Source: Escherichia coli
Lineage (GTDB): Bacteria > Pseudomonadota > Gammaproteobacteria > Enterobacterales > Enterobacteriaceae
Length of the DNA stretch: 64,000 nucleotides
Reading direction: 5' to 3' (one strand)
NCBI RefSeq assembly: GCF_003019035.1
Contig: NZ_CP027447.1
Shown: one piece after another, positions 10,627 through 19,830 of the stretch
Position numbering within the stretch: the first letter of the stretch is position 1
Layout: every line of letters begins with the position of its first letter
The notes under the pieces: generated by a model
Told to the model about the DNA's origin: nothing
Databases searched by the model: none
Seen by the model: only the letters and a program-made list of their open reading frames with translations
Translations under genes and position numbers: made by a program

Positions 10627-11749
10627 CCAGTTTAAGCACCTCTTTGGGAATGGAAATATGTCTGTTCAGAGCCGGGCGCGGCTGTGCGCCCTCGCGCCAG
10701 TGTTTCATTTGCAGGACGTAGGTCAGAACGTGGGCGATAGCCCGGTAAAGCTGAAACGGAATTTGCTGGTTCACCTGGGTGGTGTAGTAAACCGAGCGCG
10801 CCAGTCGCGGGAACTCGACCACTTCCACCTGATTCTCAGTGGCGACCTGGCGAATATAGAGGGCGATTTCATCGGTGCCTTTCGCCACCACAAACGGCGC
10901 GGCGGCGCGAGACTGGTCATACTGCAACGCCACGGCGTAGTGGATCGGGTTGGTGATCACCACGTTGGCTTTCGGCACCACTTTGCGAATTTGCCCCATC
11001 GCCAGTTGCCGTTGCAGCCGCCGCACGCGCGCCTTCACTTCCGGCTTGCCTTCCTGATTTTTGTACTCTTCTTTCAGCTCCTGTTTGGTCATCTTCAGCC
11101 CTTTGGTAAACAGGGCTTTCGCCAGCGGTACGTCGATCAGCGCGAAGAAGATAAACAGGATGACAAAGTTGCGCATCACGCTGGCGTAGAGCGATAAACC
11201 ATCGTTAATTGCCAGTTTGAACGGCAGCGCCTGCAGGCCGAGAAAGGCGGCAAAGTTATTGCGCAGGCTTACCCACAGCATCACCAGTATCACCACCGAC
11301 TTCACCGTCATCTTTCCCGTTTCCGCCAGATGCTCGCTGGAAAACAGCCGCCCAATCCCTTTTAACGGACTGATTTTGCTGAAATCAGGGAGGATTTTTT
11401 TCGGCAGAAACAGCCAGCCGCCAGGCACCAGCGAGGAGAGCAGTGCGGCGGCGGGCATCGGCAGCAAGGTAAGAATAAACTTGCCGAGAATTAACAGGTG
11501 ATGGCGCAGAAACTGGCCGATCACATCCGGGTTATTAATCTCCTGCGCGTACTGATGCACGCTGATAAAACTCTCGCGCACAAAATCGGCATACCACGGG
11601 AAGCTGCTGGAGATCACCACAAATGCCGCAAACAGGCTCGCCGCCAGCCCCATATCCTTCGAGCGCGGCAGTTGCCCCTCTTCACGCGCTTTACGCAGCT
11701 TTTGCGCCGAGGGTTTCTCTGTTTTTTCTTCGCTGCTGCTATCCGCCAT
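10610..11749 (-). CDS. lfhB: Flagellar export apparatus protein FlhB homologue
   Basis: 379-aa ORF; N-terminus ...EKTEKPSAQKLRKAREEGQ... and NPIH(Y) autocleavage-type motif. Confidence 0.9.
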   Translation of the reverse strand: MADSSSEEKTEKPSAQKLRKAREEGQLPRSKDMGLAASLFAAFVVISSSFPWYADFVRESFISVHQYAQEINNPDVIGQFLRHHLLILGKFILTLLPMPAAALLSSLVPGGWLFLPKKILPDFSKISPLKGIGRLFSSEHLAETGKMTVKSVVILVMLWVSLRNNFAAFLGLQALPFKLAINDGLSLYASVMRNFVILFIFFALIDVPLAKALFTKGLKMTKQELKEEYKNQEGKPEVKARVRRLQRQLAMGQIRKVVPKANVVITNPIHYAVALQYDQSRAAAPFVVAKGTDEIALYIRQVATENQVEVVEFPRLARSVYYTTQVNQQIPFQLYRAIAHVLTYVLQMKHWREGAQPRPALNRHISIPKEVLKLDGENN

Positions 11750-12521
11750 AGTGACCTTTCAGCGCGTCGAGTTGCTGCAACACAAAATTCGCCAGATGCA
11801 GATAGTGATCCGGCAGGTTGTAGAGCAGGGTGGCGAAGCAAACCAGCCCCGCCAGCATGTTGATGGGAAAGCCGAGCGAAAAAAGGTTCAGCGGCGGCGC
11901 AATGCGGTTAAGCAGGCCAAAGCAGCCCTGCACAATCAGCATGATAAAAGTGGTCGGCAGCGCCAGCAGTGATGCGGACGCCAGTACCCAGCTAAAGGCC
12001 AGCGCGATGGTGCGCAGGGTTTGCGGATGCAGCGCGTTGCCAATCGGCCAGTAGGTGAAGCCCTTATACAGCACGCTTACCAGCAGCAGATGCCCGTCCA
12101 TGGCAAAAAACAGCAGGATCGCGTAGACGTTAATTAATTCCGCCAGCACGGTTGTTGATGCGCCGCTGCTCGGGTCGTTCATCACCGCCATGCTCATCCC
12201 CATATTGAACGAGAGAATTTGCCCGGCCAGTTGCAGCGCCAGAAACAGAAACTGAAACATCAGCCCGAACAACATGCCCCATAAGATTTGCTCCACCGTC
12301 AGGATCAAACTGTTGAGCGAGAGCAAATCATGGGGAATGGGATGGGGGATCAACGGCGTGATGATGATTGCCAGCGCCAGCGACAAAATAATCCGCACGC
12401 GCACGGTCAGGGCGCTGTTATCCAGCACCGGCACATAGCGCAGAAACGCCATAATGCGCACGAAGGGAAACCACAGCCCCAGCGCCAGATCCATCAGTTG
12501 CGTAACGTCGCTTGTGCGCAT
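11739..12521 (-). CDS. lfiR: Flagellar export apparatus protein FliR homologue
   Basis: 260-aa polytopic membrane ORF; start set at the Met immediately after the lfiQ stop. Confidence 0.85.
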   Translation of the reverse strand: MRTSDVTQLMDLALGLWFPFVRIMAFLRYVPVLDNSALTVRVRIILSLALAIIITPLIPHPIPHDLLSLNSLILTVEQILWGMLFGLMFQFLFLALQLAGQILSFNMGMSMAVMNDPSSGASTTVLAELINVYAILLFFAMDGHLLLVSVLYKGFTYWPIGNALHPQTLRTIALAFSWVLASASLLALPTTFIMLIVQGCFGLLNRIAPPLNLFSLGFPINMLAGLVCFATLLYNLPDHYLHLANFVLQQLDALKGHYGG

Positions 12522-12522
12522 C

Positions 12523-12795
12523 TTAATGCACCAGCAGGGCGGCCTGGGTAAACAGGTGAATGCAGAGATCATGCAACTGGATAATCATCCATTTGCCGCA
12601 CACGCCCAGCACCACCAGCGTGACAATCAGCCTCGGCAAAAAGCTCAGGGTCTGTTCGTTAATCTGCGTCACCGCCTGGAACACGCTCACCAGCAGGCCG
12701 ACCAGCAGGCTTGGCACCACCAGTACCGAAACCAGCAAAATCACTACTTTAATGCCGCTGGCGACAATGTCGGCGGCTACGTCTACGGTCAACAT
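12523..12795 (-). CDS. lfiQ: Flagellar export apparatus protein FliQ homologue
   Basis: 90-aa two-TM ORF in conserved fliPQR order. Confidence 0.85.
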   Translation of the reverse strand: MLTVDVAADIVASGIKVVILLVSVLVVPSLLVGLLVSVFQAVTQINEQTLSFLPRLIVTLVVLGVCGKWMIIQLHDLCIHLFTQAALLVH

Positions 12796-12797
12796 AA

Positions 12798-13550
12798 TCA
12801 GCCCAGCCCCAGCCCGCGAATGCTGGTGGTGAGCGTGCCGATGGTCAGCGACCAGCCGTCAATCAGCACAAACAGCATCAGTTTAAAGGGCAGCGAAACA
12901 ATCAGCGGCGACAGCATCATCATCCCCATCGCCATCAATACGCTGGCGACAATCAGGTCGATAACCAGAAACGGGATGTAAATCATAAAGCCAATCTGGA
13001 AAGCGGTTTTCAGCTCGCTCAGTACATAGGCGGGCACCACGATGGAGAGATCCTGGTCGGCGGCATTGCCCTTCGCGCCGCCGATGGTCATGATTTGCGC
13101 CATCGCTTTTTTGTCGGTCTGCGCCAGCATAAAGCGTTTTAGCGGCGTCGCGGCGGTGCTTAACGCATCGGTCAGGGTAATCCGATCGTTTTCGAACGGC
13201 ACCACCGCGTGGTCGTAAATATTGAGCCAGATGGGGCGCATCACCAGCAGGGTGAGTGAGAGCGCAATACCTATCAGAATGCGGTTCGGCGGCGTTTGTT
13301 GCAGCCCCAGCGCCTGGCGCAGCAGCGACAGCACGATAATAAAGCGCGTAAAGCAGGTCATCATCAGCACCATCGTCGGCAGCAAACCGACGAGGGTCAT
13401 CAGAATCAGTACCTGAATTTTGACGCTGTACTCCTGAGTGTTGCCGTGGGTCACCACGTTAAGTAGCGCAATATCGCCACCCTGGGCCAACGCCAGCGGC
13501 GCAAGCGCCAGCAGCCCAAGGCCCAGCGCCAGTTGAGTGCGGCGTTTCAT
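12798..13550 (-). CDS. lfiP: Flagellar export apparatus protein FliP homologue
   Basis: 250-aa ORF with signal peptide and FliP family membrane core. Confidence 0.9.
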   Translation of the reverse strand: MKRRTQLALGLGLLALAPLALAQGGDIALLNVVTHGNTQEYSVKIQVLILMTLVGLLPTMVLMMTCFTRFIIVLSLLRQALGLQQTPPNRILIGIALSLTLLVMRPIWLNIYDHAVVPFENDRITLTDALSTAATPLKRFMLAQTDKKAMAQIMTIGGAKGNAADQDLSIVVPAYVLSELKTAFQIGFMIYIPFLVIDLIVASVLMAMGMMMLSPLIVSLPFKLMLFVLIDGWSLTIGTLTTSIRGLGLG

Positions 13551-13918
13551 GGTGCCAGGTCGTTGATATCGCGGGTGTTAAACTCCAGCACGCGCAGGCC
13601 GTACTTCTCGTTGACCACCACCACTTCCGCTTTGCCCAGCAGGATATTGTTCACTTTGATATCCAGCGGCTCCCCGGCGAGCTTATCCAGCTCAATCACC
13701 GTGTCGTCGTCGATGTTAAGCAGGTCGGCTAACATAATTTCCACCGACGACACTTCCAGCGTTAAGGTCACCGGAATGCGTTTCAGCAGCGTCATCGAGT
13801 CGGAAAAGCGGTCTTCCAGGCGGGTGACCAGCGTTTCGGCGTCGGCGGATTTCGTGACAGGCGCAACTTCATCGGCGAGGCCAAAATCCCCGGCTAAAAT
13901 ATCGTCTTGTTTACTCAT
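13547..13918 (-). CDS. lfiN: Flagellar motor switch protein FliN homologue
   Basis: SpoA/FliN C-terminal domain (...TLTLEVSSVEIMLADLLNIDDDTVIELDKLAGEPLDIKVNNILLGKAEVVVV...); start at the Met after the lfiM stop. Confidence 0.85.
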   Translation of the reverse strand: MSKQDDILAGDFGLADEVAPVTKSADAETLVTRLEDRFSDSMTLLKRIPVTLTLEVSSVEIMLADLLNIDDDTVIELDKLAGEPLDIKVNNILLGKAEVVVVNEKYGLRVLEFNTRDINDLAP

Positions 13919-14762
13919 GGCTATTCTCATTCTTGCCCGCCAGCTCCGACAAAAACAGTTTGTCTTTGTCTTCCACAATCAGGGCGCTAAATAATTCAGA
14001 TTGCCCAATCGCCACCGGGAACGTTTCTCCCAGCGAGATGGGTAAAATATCCCCGGCTTTTATCTGCGCCAGATCGGCGACATTCATCGATAGCTCGGCG
14101 ATTTTGACGTTCAGGGTCAGCGGCAGGGAGCGGATGATTTCTTTAATCAGGGCCGGTTTATTAACGGATTTCGCCACCTGCTGCGGTTTACTGTGCTCGC
14201 TGTGGCGGATCAGATTCAAAATAAAATCGGTGTGGGCGTCGTCGAGCAAAATACGAAAACTGCTCTCTTCATCGCCCGCAAGGGTAAAGGTTAATTGATA
14301 CGCCCAGTGGGTAATCACCGTGCTGCTGTCCAGTTTTAATTTCAGCGCAATACCGGAGGTTTGCAGATTAAAGATCAGCGTGCAGATATCCAGCGCGAGT
14401 CGGTTCTTTAACCGCGTTTCGGTTTTGGTCGGCAGCCCGTTATGCGCTTTCGCCTCTTCAAGAGAGGACTCCAGACCATAAAAATTGCCCAGCAGCATTA
14501 ACAGCAAGGAGCGATCAATATCAAACGCCAGATGCCCGACCTGGGAAACCATCAGTTCGGCGTTTTTATTAATAATATCCATTTCGCAGCCAATCTTTTT
14601 TAAGGTGATATTGCTGCGATGCTTTTTGAGAAAGTAGCTGCCAAGATGCGAATCAATCACGTCAAAATTCCCCGTAAACAGGGTCGGCAGGCGATGGTAG
14701 GGGCGTCCGAGCCGATTACCTTCTAATTTAAAGATGCCTGGCGTTTTACTGTACTTCAGCAT
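13911..14762 (-). CDS. lfiM: Flagellar motor switch protein FliM homologue
   Basis: 283-aa ORF directly upstream of lfiN, FliM-like. Confidence 0.8.
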   Translation of the reverse strand: MLKYSKTPGIFKLEGNRLGRPYHRLPTLFTGNFDVIDSHLGSYFLKKHRSNITLKKIGCEMDIINKNAELMVSQVGHLAFDIDRSLLLMLLGNFYGLESSLEEAKAHNGLPTKTETRLKNRLALDICTLIFNLQTSGIALKLKLDSSTVITHWAYQLTFTLAGDEESSFRILLDDAHTDFILNLIRHSEHSKPQQVAKSVNKPALIKEIIRSLPLTLNVKIAELSMNVADLAQIKAGDILPISLGETFPVAIGQSELFSALIVEDKDKLFLSELAGKNENSHE

Positions 14763-14940
14763 GGCTTACTTTCTCTGCTGTAATGGTATGGGTGTTTCTG
14801 TGCACGCAAATCCGGCTGTGACACAAGGTGAGGTATTAAATAGAGGGGGAGTGAAAGGGGCAAATTATTAATAGGGTGAAAAAATAATTAATCGATTAAT
14901 TGCTTAATGGGAGTTATTTTCGCCAATCAGTCTGCGGTCT

Positions 14941-14981
14941 GTCCCCTCGCCCCATCCGGGGAGAGGGTTAGGGTGAGGGGG
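14941..14981. repeat. GC-rich hairpin repeat unit in the lfiM-lafK divergent intergenic region
   Basis: CCCCTCGCCCCATCCGGGGAGAGGGTTAGGGTGAGGGG; same family as 5193 and 8476. Confidence 0.6.
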
Positions 14982-15134
14982 CATCACAGATGTCGAAATT
15001 AACAGTATTAATATCTAACTAATTGTTTACCATCAAATAATATTTTTATTATCGTTTAATTCGAACTTGTTAATCCCGCCGGTGATACGCTTCAGAACAT
15101 CCTGTTTTCTGTCGCTACTGATATCGTTCACCCT

Positions 15135-16121
15135 ATGTCTGAACTTATTGCAACTGCCGCTTCCAGCATTAACGCTTTTACTCTGGCAAAGCGTGTCGCC
15201 GCCTTTAACGTGCCGGTGCTCATTCAGGGCGAAACCGGTGCGGGCAAAGAGTGCGTGGCGAAATATATTCACACAGTCGCCTTTGGTGAAAATGAAAGCG
15301 CACCCTATGTCGGCGTGAACTGCGCGGCGATCCCGGAAAATATGCTGGAATCTACCTTATTTGGCTACGACAAAGGCGCATTTACCGGCGCAATTGCCAG
15401 CGTGCCAGGAAAAATGGAACTGGCGAATAACGGCACCTTATTACTCGATGAAATTGGCGATATGCCGCTGGCGTTACAGGCCAAAATATTACGCGTATTG
15501 CAGGAACAACAGGTTGAGCGATTAGGCAGCAACCGACAAATTAAACTCAATTTTCGCCTGATTGCCTGTACCAATAAAAACCTTGAACAGGAAGTTGCCA
15601 CCGGGCGTTTTCGTGAAGATCTCTATTATCGTCTGGCGGTGATTCCTATTACCATGCCGCCGCTGCGTGAACGTCTGAACGATATTATTCCGCTGGCAGA
15701 GTCATTTATTAAAAAATACTCCACGGTGCTGGTGAAAAATATCACCCTGTCGGAATCTACCCGCCGGGCGCTGCTCAATTACCGCTGGCCCGGCAACGTG
15801 CGCCAGCTCGAAAACGCCATTCAGCGTGGAATGATTTTAAATCGCGACGGCGTGATTTTCCCGGATGCCTTAGGCCTGCCGGAAACAGACGTTGCCGACC
15901 ACAGTGAACTGCAATGGCCTGTTCAGCCTGCCGTCCACATTGCCGAAACCAGCGATTTAGGCCAGCACGGACGAAGTGCGCAATATCAATATATCGCCGA
16001 CCTGATGCGTAAATATCAGGGCAACCGCAGCAAAATTGCCGACCTGTTAGGCATTACCCCGCGCGCACTGCGCTATCGACTGGCCTCCATGCGCAAGCAC
16101 GGTATCGAAGTTTTCTCCTGA
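15135..16121 (+). CDS. lafK: Sigma54-dependent transcriptional activator lacking an N-terminal receiver/regulatory domain (AAA+ core plus C-terminal HTH only)
   Basis: Walker A GETGAGKE 30 aa from the start, GAFTGA motif, C-terminal HTH (...IADLLGITPRALRYRL...); no in-frame upstream extension. Confidence 0.8.
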   Translation: MSELIATAASSINAFTLAKRVAAFNVPVLIQGETGAGKECVAKYIHTVAFGENESAPYVGVNCAAIPENMLESTLFGYDKGAFTGAIASVPGKMELANNGTLLLDEIGDMPLALQAKILRVLQEQQVERLGSNRQIKLNFRLIACTNKNLEQEVATGRFREDLYYRLAVIPITMPPLRERLNDIIPLAESFIKKYSTVLVKNITLSESTRRALLNYRWPGNVRQLENAIQRGMILNRDGVIFPDALGLPETDVADHSELQWPVQPAVHIAETSDLGQHGRSAQYQYIADLMRKYQGNRSKIADLLGITPRALRYRLASMRKHGIEVFS

Positions 16122-16135
16122 CCCGGAAGTTAAAA

Positions 16136-16477
16136 ATGAGCATTACCACAATCAACAGCACCATGCAGGCGCAAATCATGCAGGACGTGCAGCGGATGCA
16201 GGCCAACGCCCAGGCACCGGTGCTGCCCGCCATGACCTTCAGTTCCACCGACCCGGACGTTTCGTTTAACCGCATTATGAGCGGTGCGCTCGGTCATGTT
16301 GACCAGTTCCAGCAGGTGGCGGAGCAGCAGCAAACGGCTGTCGACACGGGCAAAAGTGATGACCTGGCAGGGGCGATGATCGCCAGCCAGCAGGCGTCGC
16401 TCTCGTTCTCCGCGCTGGTTCAGGTGCGCAACAAAATCGCCACCGGATTTAACGATCTGATGAGTATGTCGATCTAA
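16136..16477 (+). CDS. lfiE: Flagellar hook-basal body protein FliE homologue
   Basis: 113-aa ORF preceding the MS-ring gene. Confidence 0.8.
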   Translation: MSITTINSTMQAQIMQDVQRMQANAQAPVLPAMTFSSTDPDVSFNRIMSGALGHVDQFQQVAEQQQTAVDTGKSDDLAGAMIASQQASLSFSALVQVRNKIATGFNDLMSMSI

Positions 16478-16481
16478 CCCT

Positions 16482-18128
16482 ATGAATGAAAAAATAAAGA
16501 AGTTAACCCAGGTGTTTCCGGCGTTTCGACTGCGTCTTGCAGATAACAAACGCTGGGCGCTGATGGCGGGAGTGGGGCTTGCCGTGGCGGCGACGGCGAT
16601 TATCGTTAGCGTGCTGTGGACCGGTAATCGCGGCTACGTCTCGCTCTACGGACGCCAGGAAAATCTGCCCGTGTCGCAGATTGTCACCGTGCTGGACGGC
16701 GAAAAGCTCAGCTACCGCATCGACCCGCAAAGCGGGCAGATTCTGGTGCCGGAAGATGAACTGTCGAAAACGCGTATGACCCTTGCCGCGAAAGGCGTGC
16801 AGGCGATCTTGCCCAGCGGCTACGAGCTGATGGACAAAGACGAAGTGCTCGGCAGCAGCCAGTTCGTGCAGAACGTGCGCTACAAACGCAGCCTCGAAGG
16901 GGAGCTGGCGCAGAGCATTATGTCGCTGGACGCGGTGGAGAGCGCGCGGGTGCATCTGGCGCTCAACGAAGAGAGCTCGTTTGTGGTCAGCGATGAGCCG
17001 CAAAACAGCGCCTCGGTGGTGGTGCGTCTGCATTACGGCGCGAAGCTGAATATGGACCAGGTGAACGCCATTGTGCATCTGGTTTCCGGCAGCATTCCGG
17101 GGCTGCACGCCAGCAAAGTTAGCGTCGTCGATCAGGCGGGAAATCTGCTGACCGACGGCATTGGCGCGGGCGAAGCGGTTTCAGCCGCTACCCGTAAACG
17201 CGATCAGATCCTCAAAGATATTCAGGACAAAACCCGCGCCAGCGTGGCGAACGTGCTGGATTCGCTGGTCGGCAGCGGGAATTACCGCGTCAGCGTCATG
17301 CCGGATCTCGACCTCAGTAATATCGATGAAACTCAGGAACACTACGGCGACGCGCCGAAAATCAACCGCGAAGAAAACGTGCTGGACAGCGATACCAATC
17401 AGGTGGCGATGGGTGTGCCCGGTTCGCTCAGTAACCGTCCGCCGATTGCAGCGAATCAGATGACCAACGGTACGGAAGAAAACCGCTCGCCGGAAGCCCT
17501 TTCGAAACACAGCGAAAGCAAGCGCGATTACTCTTACGACCGCAGCGTCCAGCATATTCAGCATCCCGGCTTTGCGGTGAAACGCCTTAACGTGGCGGTG
17601 GTGCTCAATCAAAACGCTCCGGCGCTGAAAAACTGGAAGCCGGAGCAGACCACGCAACTGACCGCGTTGCTGAACAATGCCGCCGGGATCGACGTCCAGC
17701 GCGGTGACAATCTCACCTTATCGCTGCTTAACTTTGTGCCGCAGGCGGTGCCGGTCGAACCAATTATTCCGCTGTGGAAAGACGACAGCGTGCTGGCCTG
17801 GGTGCGGCTGATTGGCTGCGGCCTGCTGGCGCTGTTGTTGCTGTTCTTTGTGGTGCGCCCGGTAATGAAACGGCTGACGGCGGTACGTGCACCGGTTATC
17901 ACACCAGAACCGGAAGCCGTCAGCGAACCGTGGATCGCCATGCCGGAAGAGGAGCGCAAAAACGTCGATCTGCCGTCGCTACCCGGCGATGACAGCCTGC
18001 CTTCGCAGAGTTCCGGCCTCGAAGTAAAACTCGAGTTCCTGCAAAAACTGGCCATGAGCGACACCGATCGCGTAGCCGAAGTTCTCAGACAATGGATCAC
18101 CAGCAATGAGCGAATTGACAACAAATAA
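16482..18128 (+). CDS. lfiF: Flagellar MS-ring protein FliF homologue
   Basis: 548-aa ORF with N- and C-terminal TM segments. Confidence 0.9.
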   Translation: MNEKIKKLTQVFPAFRLRLADNKRWALMAGVGLAVAATAIIVSVLWTGNRGYVSLYGRQENLPVSQIVTVLDGEKLSYRIDPQSGQILVPEDELSKTRMTLAAKGVQAILPSGYELMDKDEVLGSSQFVQNVRYKRSLEGELAQSIMSLDAVESARVHLALNEESSFVVSDEPQNSASVVVRLHYGAKLNMDQVNAIVHLVSGSIPGLHASKVSVVDQAGNLLTDGIGAGEAVSAATRKRDQILKDIQDKTRASVANVLDSLVGSGNYRVSVMPDLDLSNIDETQEHYGDAPKINREENVLDSDTNQVAMGVPGSLSNRPPIAANQMTNGTEENRSPEALSKHSESKRDYSYDRSVQHIQHPGFAVKRLNVAVVLNQNAPALKNWKPEQTTQLTALLNNAAGIDVQRGDNLTLSLLNFVPQAVPVEPIIPLWKDDSVLAWVRLIGCGLLALLLLFFVVRPVMKRLTAVRAPVITPEPEAVSEPWIAMPEEERKNVDLPSLPGDDSLPSQSSGLEVKLEFLQKLAMSDTDRVAEVLRQWITSNERIDNK

Positions 18129-19116
18129 GAGCAACAGCTACCTGGAACAGGCGGCGATCCTGCTACTGTGCCTTGGCGAAGAAGCGGCGGCGACGGTGAT
18201 GCAAAAACTCAGCCGCGAAGAAGTGGTGCGCCTGAGCGAAAACATGGCGCGGCTTTCCGGTGTCAAAACCAGCATGGCGCGCAAAGTGATCAACAACTTC
18301 TTTGATGAGTTCCGCGAACAGAGCGGGATCAACGGCGCGTCGCGATCTATGTTGCAGGGCATTCTCAACAAAGCGCTAGGCACCGAGATCGCCAGCAGCG
18401 TGATCAACGGCATCTACGGCGATGAGATCCGCTCGCGGATGGCGCGCCTGCAATGGGTGGAACCACGCCAGCTGGCGATGCTGATCTCCGAAGAACATCT
18501 GCAATTGCAGGCGGTGTTCCTCGCGTTTCTGACGCCGGAAATCTCGGCAGCGGTGCTTTCGTATCTCAACGAATCGGTGCAAAACGAAATTCTCTATCGG
18601 GTGGCGAAACTCAACGACGTCAACCGCGACGTGGTGGATGAACTGGACAGGCTGATCGAACGCGGCCTGTCGGTGCTTTCGGAGCACGGCTCGAAGGTGA
18701 AAGGCATCAAACAGGCGGCGGATATCGTCAACCGCTTCCAGGGCAACCAGCAGGTGATCCTCGACCAGATGCGCGAGCGCGACGAAGACGTGCTGGAGCA
18801 GTTGCAGGATGAGATGTACGACTTCTTTATTCTCAGCCGCCAGAACGAAGAGGTGCGCCGTCGCCTGCTCGACGAAGTGCCGATGGAAGACTGGGCGGTG
18901 GCGCTGAAAGGCACCGAAGCTCTGCTGCGTCGCTCCATTTACGCGGTAATGCCAAAACGTCAGGTGCAGCAACTGGAAGCGATCACTGCGCGCCTGGGGC
19001 CGGTGCCGGTCAGCCGTATCGAACAGATCCGCCGCGAAATCATGGGCATTGCCCGTGAACTGGAAGAGGCGGGCGAAATTCAGCTACAGCTCTTTGCGGA
19101 ACAGACGGCGGAGTAA
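18106..19116 (+). CDS. lfiG: Flagellar motor switch protein FliG homologue
   Basis: 336-aa ORF, 23-nt overlap with lfiF. Confidence 0.9.
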   Translation: MSELTTNKSNSYLEQAAILLLCLGEEAAATVMQKLSREEVVRLSENMARLSGVKTSMARKVINNFFDEFREQSGINGASRSMLQGILNKALGTEIASSVINGIYGDEIRSRMARLQWVEPRQLAMLISEEHLQLQAVFLAFLTPEISAAVLSYLNESVQNEILYRVAKLNDVNRDVVDELDRLIERGLSVLSEHGSKVKGIKQAADIVNRFQGNQQVILDQMRERDEDVLEQLQDEMYDFFILSRQNEEVRRRLLDEVPMEDWAVALKGTEALLRRSIYAVMPKRQVQQLEAITARLGPVPVSRIEQIRREIMGIARELEEAGEIQLQLFAEQTAE

Positions 19117-19119
19117 CCC

Positions 19120-19830
19120 ATGACCATTGAAACACTGCGCGGGCGCTATCGCCTGCATCGTTTCCCGCCGCGCCAGCGTGCGGTGACCGGAGAACCGCTC
19201 ACCGCCAGCATCAGCGCCGCCGATTACCAGCGCCAGTTGATGGACGGTTTTCAGGAAGGGCTGCAAAAAGGGTTTGCTCAGGGAATGACCGAAGGCCAGG
19301 AGCAGGGCTTTAGCGAAGGTCATCAACAAGGTTTTGCCGAGGGGCGACGCCAGGGCTACACCGAAGGCAGCCTCGCCGGGCAGCAGGAAGGGCGCAAACA
19401 GTTTGTTGACGCGGCACAGCCGCTGGAAGCCATCAGCGGAAAAGTGAACGACTTCCTCGCCCATATCGAACGTAAACAGCGGGAAGATTTGCTGCAACTG
19501 GTGGAAAAAGTCACCCGCCAGGTGATCCGCTGCGAACTGGCGCTGCAACCGACGCAGTTGCTGGCGCTGGTGGAAGAGGCACTGGCGGCCTTCCCGGCAA
19601 TGCCGGAGACCCTCCAAGTGATGCTAAGTACGGAAGAATTTAACCGCTTGCGCGACGCGGTGCCGGAAAAGGTCAGCGAATGGGGGCTGACGCCTTCGCC
19701 GGATCTGCCGCCGGGTGAATGCCGGGTGATTACCGATAAATCTGAACTGGATATCGGCTGCGAGCACCGCCTTGAACAGTGCATGACCGCGCTGAAAGAA
19801 ACACTCACGCCGGAGTCGCAGGGTGAGTGA
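19120..19830 (+). CDS. lfiH: Flagellar export ATPase regulator FliH homologue
   Basis: 236-aa ORF between fliG and fliI homologues. Confidence 0.8.
   Translation: MTIETLRGRYRLHRFPPRQRAVTGEPLTASISAADYQRQLMDGFQEGLQKGFAQGMTEGQEQGFSEGHQQGFAEGRRQGYTEGSLAGQQEGRKQFVDAAQPLEAISGKVNDFLAHIERKQREDLLQLVEKVTRQVIRCELALQPTQLLALVEEALAAFPAMPETLQVMLSTEEFNRLRDAVPEKVSEWGLTPSPDLPPGECRVITDKSELDIGCEHRLEQCMTALKETLTPESQGE

Noticed and set aside
14763-15134. Possible N-terminal exon or frameshifted 5' portion of lafK in the upstream 370 bp
   Set aside because: No frame in this AT-rich segment encodes anything resembling a receiver, GAF or other regulatory domain; the truncated architecture appears genuine
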